Shown: positions 19,577 through 39,068, counted from the first letter of the stretch. The stretch: 64,000 nt of DNA from Blastocystis sp. Blastoise (GCA_039096225.1 JBBPEB010000009.1:1674001-1738000); one strand, 5' to 3'. Made by a program: numbers and translations. The notes: generated by a model not told the origin, from the letters alone.

Positions 19577-20239
19577 ACACAATTTGTTTTCTTTATTTAG
19601 TTTTTATTTTTATATAATTATTATTTTTCTAATAATTTGGCAAGTATTATTTTTATTTAATTCTTTAATTATTATATATATATATATATATAGTCTCATT
19701 GGATATGATAAAGTATTCTATCTGTTCATATATAAACATATTATATATATATATATATATACTATTTTTCATTTTTATTATGATAAATCTTATATGACGT
19801 TATTATTTTCAATTTCATTTTATTTTATCTTGTTTTATTATATATATATTCTTCTATAGATCCTATATGTTGATGTTATAAATAAATTATTTATAAAAAG
19901 AAATATAAAATTTTCTTTTTGAAAATAAAATATTTTTTTGAATCTAAAAAAGTCTGTATATTATATAAGATATACAAAAAATGTATTACCTTAAACACGA
20001 TAGAATTAAAAAATTAATATTAACAAAACAATAACAATAGATGAAAATGAAAGGAAGCAAATGCAAATAAGGAAGACAGAAAAACAATAACAAAACATAT
20101 GAATTCATTAATAACATAAAGAATAATAGACAAATAAATAGTATTAGAATTCAATAGTAATACTATTTTATAAAGTTATATAGTAAAGGAAAAGAATAGA
20201 ATAACTTTTAAATATTATATATATATATAATAAGAAGAA

Positions 20240-23314
<3,075 letters not shown>

Positions 23315-25241
23315 GGTTGTTCACAACGTCGGCTAATTCTATAGAAATGTTTGACATATAGACAATGTAAAATAAACTGAAAATAACTAATAAATAATAG
23401 ATTATTTAAAAAATCAATGCTAAAAGAAATATCGTAACATATTTATATGCATATATATACATGTAAAGAAATGTTTGCGATATAAAACAAATACGGAAAA
23501 TGAAATATGATTTCATTTCCAAAGAAAAAAATAATTACTAAAAACTTCAAATCTACTAAAACGTTTTAGTACTTTGTTTTTTTGTTTTTTTATTTTATTA
23601 TTTATTTTTATTGAATTAGCTTTCCATGGAAATGTTTTTATTGATTCTTGAATAATACAATGCATCTTATTGGAAGAATGTATTCATTATTATAATTGTA
23701 AACCTTTTGAAAATGCTAGTTTCGTGGGATATCTTTCTCGGAGTATTTACTAAAGGTTTTAGTGTTTTAAATAAATACCTATAGATATTCGGATATTTCT
23801 TTTTATTCAAAGTACTATATTGTTAGTGAAGAGTTCATTTTGTCGTTAGTTAAATTCTTAAAATAGTTTATTTAGAACGAGTATTGAATATAAAGATGCT
23901 TAAGGGTACAGATCAGTTATTTTTGAAAAGCTAGAAAAATATATGGCGATCGTCGTTGATTTGATCTTGATTTCTGGATCTCTGTTTGAGTCTACAGAAT
24001 ATTTACGTCTACCTTAATTGATTCAACTTGGTTTTGACTTCATTTATTAGATAGATCAATCCAAAAACTAAATTACATGGTAAATATTTTTTCTTCTCTT
24101 TTCTTTTTACATATATATATATCTAAAACTGTATTTAAAGCAATATATTTATGATTTCGTATCATATAGAAAATATCTGATAGTTGTATGATAGTTTTTT
24201 CTATTTTTTTTTTAACTTTTTAGGTTTATACTTGGAATACTAGTGATCTTATATATATAATATGATTTTGAAATTTAGTTGAATACAAATTGAGATAGGC
24301 AAGCTTCATACAGTTTCATTTGTGCGAAAAACATTATTCAAAAGTGGTTTTTCTTGTAGAATAATATCAAAACTTTTTGTTTTGAATTATATACATATAT
24401 TTTTTATTTTCTATATATTTTTATTCATACTTTCAATAGAGAATGTTTTAAGTATATGTGACAATGAGTGTAATCCACTTTATGAGTAATTTATCTCATT
24501 TAAATAGAATTCATATGAATTTATATATAGATTCTATGTACTAATTAGTATTGATAAGGTATTTATACCAATATATATATGCGTAGTAACCATAATATAC
24601 ATAAAACTCATTTAAAATCTATCATTATAAGTTACAGACTATCCACTCTATGTAAAGAAGTAACTATGATGACATTTAGAAAAGATGACATGAATACAGA
24701 TTTATTGACTGCCTATAAAATAAATGAATTTAATGAAAATAAGAATATATACAAAAAAGGAAGTACATAACAAGATTATTTTAGATATAACACAAAACAA
24801 TATAATACATGTTTGATTGAACTTTATTATAGAGTTGTAATTGATATATCTATATATAGATTATGGTCTTTAGAGTTAAATGAGAGAATCAAGATTTAGT
24901 TTTTGCTTTATTAATTATAATTATACTTTATACTTGTTCAGTATTGTTTTTCTTTTTAAGGTTGGTATAGTTATAGTATACACATTGATTATATTATGGT
25001 AGCTTGACTTAACAATAGCTGGCTATGAAGATTGAGAGATGATATAAATATGCTTTTTTGTCCCGTAGAAAAATAGGAAAAAAGAGAGATACAAATTGGA
25101 TCTCCAATGAAAAAATAGGTATCCATTTGTTAATCTTTAGATAACACAAAGACTTGTGTAAGAACTGTGGTATCATGTATATATATTCATATTCAATTTT
25201 ATTTATGATATATATTATTTAAAAATATAATTAATTCACAG

Positions 25242-26492
25242 ATGTGTCCTGGTATAAATCAAGAGAATTCTCTCGATTCAAATAGGGAGTCACCACATGA
25301 ATCTATTCAAGAATCCAAAATATTTATCTTTCAAGATGAAAGTGTAGTGAGTATTTCGATGTCTCTATTGGAGGAATTTCCAGAATCATTATTTTCATTA
25401 ACAATCAAAAGCACAGACAACTATATAGAAGAAGAAGATGCATACTATATTGATTCTCCGCCGCTTTCTATTTGTAAATTGATTTTATTTATGGAGAAAA
25501 ATATTAGTCTTGAGTCTTTAAGTGTAAATGATATTCTTGAAATGTATAACTCAATAGAATATTTCTTTAAAGATGATTCTATCAAGTATATGATAAAAAT
25601 GAAATTATTTCTGGAGGAGAAATTTTTACTATTTCTGAAACAGAATCAATGCACCTTGTATTTTTTTTTAGAAAATTTTACTTTTTATCGTATATAGAGA
25701 CAATGAATGTTTTCTTTTTGATGAAAATCGTTGCATAACTATGAATTGTATATTAAAAATAATATATATATAAGTATATTTTTTTTTAGTATTATTTACA
25801 AAGGATATCAATTTTGCATTTCTTCAATATTCAAAATTATTTGATTTCTTTTTAATAACAAAAGTCTCTTTAGGATGTATATATATATATAGTATATAAT
25901 TTGAAACTGTTTTTCTTAGTTGATTTTTCGTATGATATTCCTTATGACTATATATATCCATCAAATCTACATGAAATATTCCCAAAATTAGAAATATATG
26001 AACTGAGAGGTATATATATATATATATATATATAGATCGCTATAATACTATAAATAGTATTATACTATTGTCAAAAAAAGGAACTTCGATTAACACCAAA
26101 AGATCCTCATTATACAGAATTCTATATAGAATATAAACGACAATATTATGAACTTAATTGTCCTGAATTATATAATTGGTGTATACATTCAAATTTTGAA
26201 CTAGATGCCTGTTATATACCTGAAAGTATTTATTTATATTCATCAAACGATCCCCAGAAGAAAAAATATAGAACAACAGGATATATATATCCAAGTAATA
26301 ATCATATAGATATCAATGAAGAAATAATGAATGAAAAAGAAGAAGATAAACCTGTTTTATATATTCCTTCATTTTATAATGTTTTATGCGAAAATAGAAA
26401 AGATGATATAACGATAGAAAAGAAATGTATTAATAAATCTTCAAGATGTAATGCAACATTTTTAGTATTTTCTTATATAGATGATTGTGGAA

Positions 26493-26552
<60 letters not shown>

Positions 26553-28876
26553 TCATATTTTAGTTATCTTTTTTATTATTTACATTGATATATATACATT
26601 ATATATATGAAATAGAAATGAATATATCAAATCCGATATTAAAGTATTTATATTCACCAACATTTACATTTTTTATATATAAATGTTTTCCTATTCTTCT
26701 AGTTTAAAGTAATTCTTAGAGTCTATTTCTTTTTGTTTTTTAGATGTAACAATTCTTATAGTTTTTGCCCAGAAATATATCTTTATATATCTAATATACC
26801 GATTATGAAACAATTAAAAAGCTATCCAATTGATGAAAACATGTTGCCAAAAACACAATTAAAAACTCCCCCTTTTTTAAAGGCATTACAATATGGTTTT
26901 TTTGATTCTATCCAAATACTTACAATTCTTGATGGTATAATATACCAGTTATGTGATTATTTATATATATAGTTATTAGATTTAATTCTTTTAAAGAGTA
27001 TATACAGCTATTTGTTAGAATTATCAATACTCATATATTTCCAAATGTTACTACCCTTAAACTTACATATTGTGATGGTAATTATAATAATGATGAAATA
27101 TTTCGGGCAATACTTCCTTTTATTACGAGATATCATTTTCCTCGCTTATCTATATATGACTTATCTGATTATATAAAACGATTCTGTGAACGTAAGATAC
27201 ATGTCACTATATATTATATGTTTCCTGATTCTTTAATGGAAATAATAGATACAATTATTTTATGTAAGAACGATTCGAGACTATATGTTGATTTTTATGA
27301 ATTTAATTCTAAATGTTTTGCTGAAGTAAAAAAGAAACATAATCTTATTATTAATCTAGATTTTTTTGTACATCAGTATAATAATGTATGGAAACAATTA
27401 ATTGATTCAGAAGTAATCAGTATTAGTACACTTTGTATTGATTGTATATTAATTGATATTTCTAAATAAGTTTTATATTATATATATAGTTGATGCTAAT
27501 TATAGAGATGATTATTATTCACTTCTTGACTTAAATAATATTTCAATTAAAAAGATTTTTGTTAGTATGTGTTATTTAGAAATAGATATATATTAATATA
27601 GATTTGAATTACTATTTAAATCGGATCCTTAAAAAAATACCAAATATTCTAAAACGAATAAATTCTAAATCAATTCAAGAAGTTGAAATTAATATTATAG
27701 ATTCGGATGATATGAATGACCCAATTTCTTTTTTAAATGATGGACTATCTCTATTATGTTGTAGGAATTACTATACAGTCACGAAACTGAAAATTAGTAT
27801 TATATATTTTTTTACATTTTATTTATTATTATATAGATTGCATTTATTTTAATAGTCATGCTGATATTATTCAAGATATTAAAATGATAGAAATGAGAAG
27901 AGTCTTAACAGAATTCTTTTCATTATTCTCAGATAATATACAATCTTTATATTTATCTTCATTTATAATAAACTATTTATTTTTATCAAATGAATATGAA
28001 AATCTGTGTTTATGGAATAATCTCCAAGAACTATCAATTGATGTTGGTAGCAGTAATAATGTTTTTAGAGGACGTGAGCGTGAAGAGTTCCCTGATGAAG
28101 TAGTACAAAGGATAGAATGCTTTATAAAAAGTCGGAAACTCATTCATTTGAAATTATTGAATCTTCATGATTATTGGACTTTTTCATATATGGTAAACCG
28201 TTCTAACTCGCTTTATTCATTTTTTAAAATCATTATAAATATTACACCTGTTTCACTTCCATGTTTGGAACATATCTATTTTATTATTCCTTATGATAAG
28301 AAGATCGATGTATTTCACATGCTTCCATCTCTTTCTTTTTCATTTAGCAAGCCAATTAGAATGGTTATAATGCATTATAATTTTTTCAGAAATGAAAACG
28401 GGTTTTCTAAATATTCAGAATATATTTATACTCAATTACAACAGAAATATTCAAGAAATATTACTTATTTAAAATTATGTGTCACAAATAGTACATATAT
28501 GACAAAATATGTGAATTTAATAACAAAAGGGTGTTTTCCTTATTTGATAGAATTGGAAATTGCCGCTTATTCATATGAAACCTTTTCTAATAATTTAAAT
28601 CATTCAACAGATTCAACAGATTCTACAGATTCTACAGATTCTACAGATTCTACAGATTCTACAGATTCTACAGATTCAACAGATTCTACGGATTCAACAG
28701 ATTCAACAGATTCAACAGATTCTACAGATTCTAATAACCTATATAGTACAGAAAATTTAAATCCATTAGACGTTATAGAAAAATTTGATTTTCATGATTA
28801 TGAATTATTGCTGGAAAAGTATAAACAAGCTTATAACCCTAATTTAAATATTAAAATATACTCAAGAAATATATAA
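25242..28876 (+). CDS. Family A copy 1: BTB/POZ-like N-terminus + LRR-like repeats
   Basis: FIFQDESVVSISMSLLEEFPESLFS...DAYYIDSP resembles a KCTD-type BTB. Recurrent FPxL motifs (HIFPNVTTL, HFPRL, GCFPYLIEL). Homologous to the genes at 31183 and 41426. Confidence 0.65.
28604..28732 (+). repeat. Coding 9-bp tandem repeat (TCWACAGAT)n encoding (STD)n
   Basis: About 14 copies in the last exon of family A copy 1. Confidence 0.95.
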
Positions 28877-29256
28877 AATAGAGTTGTTCATTAAAAATTG
28901 TTGCTTCTTATTTGTATGATCATGATTGTATGTATATAGATTATGTTGCTTTATACTGTAGTAATGCTAAGTCTTATGTTTTATTTTATTTTATTGGAGC
29001 ACTCTAGTTTTGTATCAAATTTTTAATTAATAAATATTTAAAAATTGATTAAATATATAATTGCTTTTATATATTTGAATTGTACATATAATAAAAGTCT
29101 TATTCATTTTTTTTTACATACTCTAAATAGATAAATGAAAATATATTAATAATTAGTGTAAATAAAAAAAAATGTCATTTTATTCTTATTAATAAAAAAA
29201 GTTTTAATCTGTAATACAGAAAAAACAACATTGTAAATAATAATAAAAGAATAAGA

Positions 29257-30898
29257 TCAATAAGAAAACATATGATATTTTAATGAAAAAACGAGTAGAG
29301 AATTGCTATGAAACTTAATAGAAATAATATTTTTTGTCCTTCCCCTTACTTTATAATCTTCTAATGTAAAATTATTAAAAGAATTTGCATTATTAGCATT
29401 TACAAATAATGATGATTTTTGAGAAGTATTCATATCAGAATAATAAAATTCACGACAATAAGAATTAGTATTACTATGACATTGATCATATATATAGATA
29501 TCATAACCTAATCCAAATGTTGAACCATTAGAAGAACCACAACCTATACCATAGCTACTATTAGTATTATCATATTTAGTAGGAGGAATATTATGCTCAT
29601 TACTTAAAGTAAATAAAAATTCTTTAGAATAAGATTTAGAACTTATATAAATCACATTGAATAATTATATAAATAAATACACCTTTTGAACCAAATTTCT
29701 AACTTTGATTTGTGTATCCTCCAAATATATTCATATGATTATTATGACCTATATGTTTGATTAAAGTCACTGTTTCTCCTTTATTATCACAATATCTATG
29801 AAATTTGCTTGCTAAGTAATTATGTTCACTTGCTCTATATATATAAGAATAAGAAAACATAATATAAATATCTAAATAATAATTTCCATTTCTTTTTTTC
29901 ATCAAGCCAATTCACTAATGGAGTTTCAAAACATTTCTTCTTAATTATCGTTGAATCCACAAATACAGTTGGTATTTCATTCAAATATGTTTTAACAGCT
30001 TCTCTTCCTTGATCACCAAATACACTATACATTTCATTCTCTAATAAGATAATATCTATATTTTTGATTTCTTCTTTTTTTACATAAAAATAGCCACTTT
30101 CTATATATTCAGTAATACACTTCATATACTTATAGCTCATATTCATAGACCTAATATCATTTATATAATCATAATCAACATATCCATTGTTATATCTCAT
30201 TACATAATCATCCCATAAATTATTCTTCATAAAATAATTCTTAATCGTATCATCTTTCTTTCCATTAATATTTAGAGAAACTTCATCACATTTCTTATAT
30301 ATCTTTTGTTTTTCATCTCTTTTTCCTCTGCATTCTAATAACTCTATAGGAATTGGTAAATTACAAAATTCAAATAATTCAAGCAACTTGGCTTGTTCTC
30401 GAAACATAATCTGACTATAATCTACAACTTTACCATTCAAGTAATCTATTAAATAATAAACGGATGCATCGTTTCCTCGATAATCAAGGAAAACATCTCC
30501 ATCACTTGTTCTCAATTCTTCTTCAGATTGCTCATAAATATATGAATAAGGGATCGAATTGATAATTCTTTTCGATAATGAAAATAAAGGACCATTTCCA
30601 GAAAAAAAAATAAGCTCAGTATCATCTGTATCACTCGAATTCATTATTTCAGTAGTTTTTCCTTTAGTATTATCTAGAAAATGTTTCAATTTTGAGAATT
30701 TATCACTATTTCTTTGAATACAATCCTCATCAAGATTATACTAAGAGCACCTTAAAGTTTTTGGCCAGAATAGAGTGTCAAAGAAAGGATAAAAGTGAAT
30801 CCTTCAACGATCTTTTTTCATTAATTCATCTAAACCACTAACAGCTTCTTTAACTTGATTCAAAGAATCTAAATCAAATAAAGCACCTTCTTTTATCA
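29257..30898 (-). pseudogene. Family B copy 1: BTB-like + TLDc, disrupted
   Basis: Starts MIKEGALFD, like MVKEKVLFD of its paralogs. Lesions: frameshift in an A-run near 30815, intron donor AT instead of GT, conserved Trp changed to TAG at 29699-29701, and terminal EVWG changed to KVRG with loss of the normal stop. Confidence 0.8.
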
Positions 30899-31182
30899 TT
30901 TAAATAGAGTAAAAATAACAAAAAATGAATTTGAATTTTTTTTTCAATTTAAAACTTGCAAAGAAATAATCCAAGGAATAAAGCAACATGTCAGCTATTT
31001 TTCATAATTTTCATAATCTATCAAAAAATATTGAATATATATTATTCTGTTTTCTAGATAGCCTTAAGTGATTTTAATTAATTTGAGTAAGTTTTTAGCA
31101 ATTAATTAACATATATTTTATATATACCTGTTTTTTATTATGATTCTTGAACTCATTATGTCATTATAGTTCAATTACTATC

Positions 31183-34100
31183 ATGTCAAACGCTGAATTA
31201 CAGTTATCTGAAGATAAGTGTATGCAAATATAAACTAGAAATATTTATTTTCTTTTAGATTTATTTACTTTTCAAGATGAGACAAAATTATGGATTCCTA
31301 AAGAATTTATTGAGAAATATCGTCAATTTCCCTTTTATGATATTATTCAACACACTGATAAATATGATGATGGTAGTTATTATATAGATATGCTTCCTTT
31401 TCATATAGAAAAAGTGATTGTTTTTTTAATGGACAAAAACGTGGATATTTCTTCTCTAAATTTGAAAGATGGTTATGATATATATCAAACACTTGTTGAC
31501 TACTCAGTTACTATTGATAAAGGAGTTCAAAGTGATCTATTAATGCATATTAAAGAATTATTCTATAATTATTTGAAAGACAATAATTATAATATAAATG
31601 GATATAATTGTGAAGACATCGAATCACAATTACCTATAGAATTATTCAGTTTAGAAGAGAAAGGAATACTTATTAATGGTATTTTATATATTTATTTTAT
31701 ATATATATATAGGATTATTTACACCTCAACGAAAAGATGAGTTATTCTATTATTCATTACTTATTAAAATGATAAATATTACTAAAGTTAAAATAGAATG
31801 TAAATATATATATTATATTATATATTAATAGAAATATAGATCAATATGCCTCAAATATTCCAGTAGAATATATATGTCCATCATGTATTAAAGATCTGTT
31901 TACATCATTAAAAGAATTAAAGATAACTGGTATATATATAGTTTAAATACATTATTTATCTAGTAAATACGCATTTTAAGAAAACTAATCAATTATTGAA
32001 TCCAAATAGCGATGAATACACTAAGGAATATATTCGTTTATTTGGTAAATTAGATTATGAAATAAATCATTCTGAAAAGTATGAGTGTTACACAAAGTCA
32101 GAGATGAATGAATATAATGATAATTCTACTTTAAATCTTAATAATTCATATTATTCCCATGATTTTATTGATTCCTATAATGGAAAAAGAAGAAAGATTG
32201 AACTGCCAAAATTATTTAAATATGTAGTTAACGAAGCTACATATAATGATGATTATTCAAATATAAACATTAATGAAACAAGTGATGAATATATATTAAA
32301 AGATCAAATGAGTATTAAATATGATGGTATATATATTTTTTAAATCTTATTTTTTATTATTATTATATATAGATGAAACAAATGATAAAACAGTCGTGTA
32401 ATTTATTATATTATTTTATACTATTATTTTATACTATATATATATGTAATAGTATTGATTTAGTATCTTCTGAACATGGTATATCTCAATTATTACGTCT
32501 TCCTTCCTATTTATGTATTTCAGAAATCATTTTAAATACAGGTAAATAAATATATATAATATATATAATAATTTATTTTAGATTCTATTTCCCAATATAA
32601 TTCTTTGGTTTTTATGAAATTATTTGAAGAAAGTCTTTTCGATTGTTTAACTATATTAAATTTTAACGCAAGTATTTTCTTTTATTGTTATTATTTGCTT
32701 TATTATTCAAAATAGTTGAAGTTCTGGCTGATAAAATTGAAAATAATCTTTTTATTAAAATAATGGCAACACATGTATTTCCAAATGTTACTGAACTTAT
32801 ATATAGTTATTATGAAAGTATATATATAAATATATATATATATATATTGCTTTAGAATCATTCAAATTATCTTCAATAAAGAAAGAATGCTTCCCTAAAT
32901 TACATATTATCAATTACGACATTAAAATAGGTATATTTATATATAATATATAAACTATGATTCTTCATTTAGCTACTTTTAATTTTGAGTCTCTATTCCC
33001 TACTAATTTAATGTCTATAATTGATACTATTCGTATAAATATTATTGATATTGATCAAAAAGAGGAAATAGCTCTTCTTTTAGATACTTTAGTTTATACT
33101 AATTCAATTCATATTGATATAATTGATATATATACATGTATTATGTATACATTTAATATCATAATACTATTAATATAATCAATTATATTTATTTACTATT
33201 TATATAGATGATTTAGTTTATTATTTTTCACACTTAAATGAATTATTAGAGAAAAATCTTATTACCTTTCATAATCTTTCTAGTATGAAATATTTCTTTA
33301 TTATATAAAAATTTCTTTTTTATATATTATATATTATATATATACTATTTTATATAGTTGATTCTTCTCGTTATGAAAATATCAACATATTAGACTATAT
33401 TGAAGATAATAAGCAAAATATTGATAGTTTAAATATAGAATTTGATGGTATTCATTAATATATGTAATAAATATTTTTTTAATATATAATTATAATATTA
33501 ATATTGAGTCATTTATAGATAATAATCAAGATGAATTAGATATAAAAAATTCATTAGAAAGATTCTTAAAGAGTAATGTATTAAAACATTTGAATAGTTT
33601 ATATATTTCATGTATATTCTATATAAGTGTTATTTCTATTATTATTATTATTATATATAGTTAATGATACTATAAGTATAGAATATTTAACATGGATATC
33701 AACTCTTTTTAATAATAATGAGTTTAATACTATTCATAAATTAACGATTGATTGTATATTCTATTATAATATATATATATGAATATATATAGTATCTATC
33801 AATGAAGATTCATTATCTGAATATTTAACTGCATATGAAAATATTATGGAAAAATTAATTCCAAAGGCTTCTATGGTTACAATACAAGGTAATTATTTAT
33901 ATAATTAATAATAATTATTTTGGTAATATAACTATTCTTATTAGATAATACAATGAATTTTATAAATCGATTAATTCCTAAAGGTTATTTCCATAAAACT
34001 ACTCAATTAACTCTATGTATATATATATAGATTTAATATATAAATAATGTTTTTATTACAATAAATTATATATTTCACCATCTATTTTTTATAAATATTA

Positions 34101-35097
34101 ATTTAGATATTGATGATATACCAGATGATAATTTTTGTAAAATATATACTAAAGATAATTTCCCAAAATTAAAGTCTATCCAGTTTTGTATTTATATTAA
34201 TAATATAATAATATTTTATATTATATAAATCATGTATATTTATATTTTATCATTATTTAATAATTATTTTTTGTTTATTCATATTTGTATATATATAGTG
34301 AATGATAATGAAGATGATAATGATGAAGATAATGAAGATGAAGATGATGATGATGATGAAGATGATAATGATGATGATAATAATAATAATAATAATAATC
34401 ATAATCATAATCATAATCATAATCATAATCATAATAATAATAATAATAATAATCAAGAAGGGCTGATTTCTTTTATTACAACATTTTGTTCCTATATAAA
34501 TAATAATAACTTTCCATCCTCAACTACTGTCCAATTATGTGGTATGTCATAAATAAAACTATCCTATTCATAGTCATTTTTATTATATTTCTATAGATTT
34601 TCATCCTATTAATAATTATCTTTATAATCCTAAAAATTCTATATTTCGATATAAATATGATAGTAATTCATTTATGGACAGAATTATTGGTACTCAAGGT
34701 ATATATATAAATACATATACAACATATTATATATATATAGATAAAACGATAAGTAAATATGAGATAGAACAGTTGTTTGATTGTATAAACGAAAACAAAA
34801 ATCAAAGTCTAAGAAGGTTAAAATTATGTATTTTTATTCTTATTTCATATACTATTTTTTTATAGTTATTTATGATGAGGAACAATTATCAAAACTTATC
34901 AGTTTTATTACTACTGGAAAATTTCCCAAATTGGAATATTTTATTTTTTCGATGGGTATATATATATAGTTATTTTTTATATTATATTATATTGTATAGA
35001 CAAACATATTTCAACTGAACAAATCAATATATGCAAACAACAACTAAAGAATTCTTCATTTATTCTAGAAAATCATGTGGATTATAAAATTGACTAA
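31183..35097 (+). CDS. Family A copy 2: BTB-like + LRR-like, >20 exons
   Basis: LFTFQDETKLWIPKEFIEKY...DGSYYIDM, plus HVFPNVTEL, ECFPKLHII, NFPKLKSI and GKFPKLEYF repeats. Largely colinear exon structure with the 41426 gene. Confidence 0.75.
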
Positions 35098-36667
35098 GAA
35101 TATTTAATTCTTTATATAAATGATTATTTCTAGCTTATATGATTATTTTTTTTTTATAAATTTCTTGTCTTAATCATTTTTGGTTTATTAATGTTTCTAT
35201 AAAATATATATATTATTTTATTAATATTATTTCTTGTTTTATTTTTAAATATTAGTGATTTCATAAAATATTAATTTAGTATTATATGTAAATGATTATT
35301 TTATATAATACTATTTTGGGATTATTATATATTTAATTCTTTAGTATTCATAAAGGATCAACTTCATAAATATTTCTGCAGAATTCTAATTATCACGATG
35401 ATATCCTCAACTATGGCTAAAAACAGTTGTTAACGTTGTTTTTAAAAATACATTAAAATTAATGACTTTCTTGATAAACAAATTAATTAATATAATAAGA
35501 AAACCAATAAGTTTTTACAGTTTATTTTACTTACTATTTTTTACATAACATTTTTCTATTTAAGAACAGTTACTGAGAAAGTGTTATAAAATAATTAAAA
35601 CAGATAATTTACTCAAACATATTTTTCATCTTCAATGTGCATAATAGTTTATAATAAAGTATTAGTATATATATTAAATAAAAATAATAATGAATCGAGT
35701 CATAATTGTATTATTATATGTATTGTTAAGAAATATATTTTAATCTAAATATAATAAGAATAATCGAATATTGGTGTTTCAATTCTTATTAAGATTATTA
35801 TATATTAAATATTATTTAAATATAGAATATTATTTGAGAATTATACACAAATTATAGGTAAAATAAAACAATATATATTTATTCATGTATCTTTCTATTA
35901 ATAGACAAGCGACATATATATAATACACATTTTATTATTAATAATTCTTTATTGAATAAAATATCAAAAATACTTATTCTTCATCATATATATATAGATA
36001 ATTTAGTATCTATAAGAATATGATGATATGGATGTCTTAATAAATTATTTTATAAATATTAAGAGAATAAGATAGTGTAAATTTAAAATGGCAGAATAAT
36101 TAGAAGGAAATAGAAAATAAAGAAGAGATTTTTGTATCTAAAGACTACAGAAGAGATTATATTTGAGTAATGGAAATATATTGTGTAAATAAAATATAAA
36201 AATAAATAAAAATGTATTAGATTCAGCAGAAATCAGCAATGATTAAAAAGAAAATATAGCTATTCATCTCTAGATAAGCAATAATTAGTATATATAAATA
36301 TATAAATGTATGATAAATAAAAATAGAAATATATCTGTTTAAAAGAAGAGACTTATAAAACAAATTGAAAATTAATCAAGAGATATATACGAATTAAGCA
36401 TGTGATTATGTCTCTAGCATCATCCAGATTTTATAATATTATTCAGTCTTTTATTTAAAACAATCAATTAGGTAAAGATCCACAAGTATCTTTTTAATTT
36501 AAAGAATTCTTAGCAGATTCTAGTAGATCCTATTGAGTATTAATCATTTAATATAATATTATTAATTATAAATGAATAATAAGAGAATAACAAAGAAATA
36601 AAAGAAATAAAAAAAAAAATAAACAAGGGGAAACAAGTATATTTATTTAATTAGCATTATTTCATTA

Positions 36668-38255
36668 ATGGTGAAAGAAAAAGTGTTATTTGATATTGAT
36701 AAATTTAATAGATTGAAGGAAGATATCAATGTATATGAAGAATTGATGAAAGATGTAGTTAATGTATTTGGATCAGTAATGAATCTTGGAATACATTCTG
36801 GAATATCGATTAATAGACTTATAAAACATATTGGAGATGATTGTATTCAAAAAGAAGAAGAAAGAAATGAATTTGAAAAGAATTGTGTTTATGAAAGTAA
36901 TAATCATGAGAATATGAATGTCAATATGGATGATAATGATGATAATGATATGGATTTGATACGATTTACAAATAATGGTCCAATATTTCAAATATCGAAA
37001 TCTGTTTTAGATTCGTTGAAAGGTTCTTTTATTGATGATCAACGCGATGAAGAATATAGAACAAGCGATGGGTCTATATATCTTGATTATCCTGGAGATG
37101 ATGCTTTTATTTATTATTTAATAGATTATTTGAATGGAAAAAAAGTAAATTTTGATTCTTTTTCTTATGAAGAACAATTAGAAATATTAGATTTATTTGA
37201 ATTTTGTGGATTATTGATTCCTTTAGAATTAATAGATTGTAGAGAAAGAAGAGATACTAAGAAAAAGAAATATGAAAAAGAAGATGAAATAGACTTGATT
37301 ATAAATGGAAATAAAAATGATATTATTAAAGAATATATAGTAAAGAATGGATTATGGAATGCTTATGTTATGAATTGTGATAATGGATTTATTCATTATA
37401 ATCATATTGATAATTGTTTATATATGAATAAGAAATATGAATATATTGAATATATTAGTGAATATGTGAATAATGGAATTATAGATATAGAAGAAGACAA
37501 GATTATTGATATTAATAAAGAATTATTCGAGAAAGAAATGATTGAATTATTTGGTGAAAAAGGAAAAGAAGAAGCGAATTTATATTTAACCATGAGTCCG
37601 AAATTTTCTGATTCTTTGATTCTTCGTGATAAAGAGATGGATTATCAATTACAAAAATGGCTTGGTAAAGAAAAGAAATGGAAATTATTATTTAGGTATA
37701 TTATTAATTTATTATATTATATAATTATATATATAGAGCAAGTGAACATGAATATAAAACGAGTGAATTTCATAAATGTTGTGACAATAAAGGAGAAACA
37801 GTAACTATAATCAAACATATAGGTAATAATAATTTTATAAATATATTTGGAGGATATACAGATCAAAGTTGGAATAGTTCAAATGGTACATTTATTATTT
37901 ATTTATTTTATTTATATTATTATTCAATACTTCTTCTATAGGTTGGAAATCTTATTCTAAAGAATTTCTATTCACTTTAAGTAATGAACATGGTATTCTT
38001 CCTACTAAATATGATTATACAAACAGTAATAAAAGTTATGCTATTTATTGTCATTCTTCTTATGGTCCTGATTTTATTGGAAATGATATTTATATTCGTG
38101 ATCAATGTCATAGTAATAATAATTCTTATTGTGGTAGTAATTATTCGAGTACATGCAATACTCCTCAAAAATCATCATTATTTGTAAATACTAATAGTGT
38201 TAATTCTGATAATCATTTTACAGTAGAAGATTATGAAGTGTGGGGAAGAATATAA
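36668..38255 (+). CDS. Family B copy 2: BTB-like + TLDc domain
   Basis: After removing 2 introns, TLDc motifs read WKLLFRASEH..FH..CDNKGET...IFGGYT..SW..FLFTL...GPDF..DI.I...EDYEVW. N-terminal DGSIYLDY..FIYYLIDYLNG is BTB-like. Confidence 0.85.
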
Positions 38256-38850
38256 ATTATTTTTTTTTAATTATTTTATATATAATATATACATCTTTTA
38301 TTGTCTATATCATGAAGAATATTCTGATTTAATTATATATGTTTGCTGTTTTCTATCAATTAAATATAAAAATTATATTGTTTTGTAATTTAATTCTATA
38401 TATATTAGCGATAAATTAGTTAAAAAATATATTATAATTTGTTCTTAGCAATGAATTCTAATAATAAATTATTGAAAATAACCAGATATAACCAAACTAT
38501 TATATTCATTATTTAAGTAAAAATATTCGTTATATCTATAAATTTCATCGAGTATAATATCTGTGAATGATTTTAGTATTTAATAATTCATTTAAAATTA
38601 TATAATACATATGATAAATAATAATTTTTATTATAGAAATATTTATTTGAATAAATTAGTTATAAAACCTATGTAAAAAAATATTTTTATTATTTTATAT
38701 GAAAAATAAATATATTCATAGCATAGTAGACAAAATATATTTTTTATAAAAACTGTTTTTATAAAAACATAAAAATGGAATCTATTTTATTCAATGAAAT
38801 ATATAACTATTTAAGTATTTCTGATATATGTAGAATAAAATAAAATAATA

Positions 38851-39004
38851 AAGTACCTGTACCAGAGTGACCTCCTGTACCAAAGTGACCCGTTTTTGTT
38901 TTGTTTCCATATTTACGGGAAAAAATATTTTTTCACTGTATTTAATAAAGATAAACATGTAAATAACATTTTTTCAATAAAAATAGTCTTTTTTCTGTTT
39001 AAAA
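38851..39004 (+). repeat. Left TIR, with two internal CCTGTACCARAGTGACC direct repeats
   Basis: Reverse complement of 40741-40894. Confidence 0.95.
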
Positions 39005-39068
39005 AAGGTTTTTAAGAACAGAAATAGTATAATTTTTAAAATTTTCACAAGGAAAAAACGGAAAATAT

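Noticed and set aside
23700-24060. Slightly GC-richer coding-like relic
   Set aside because: No sustained reading frame or recognisable motif.
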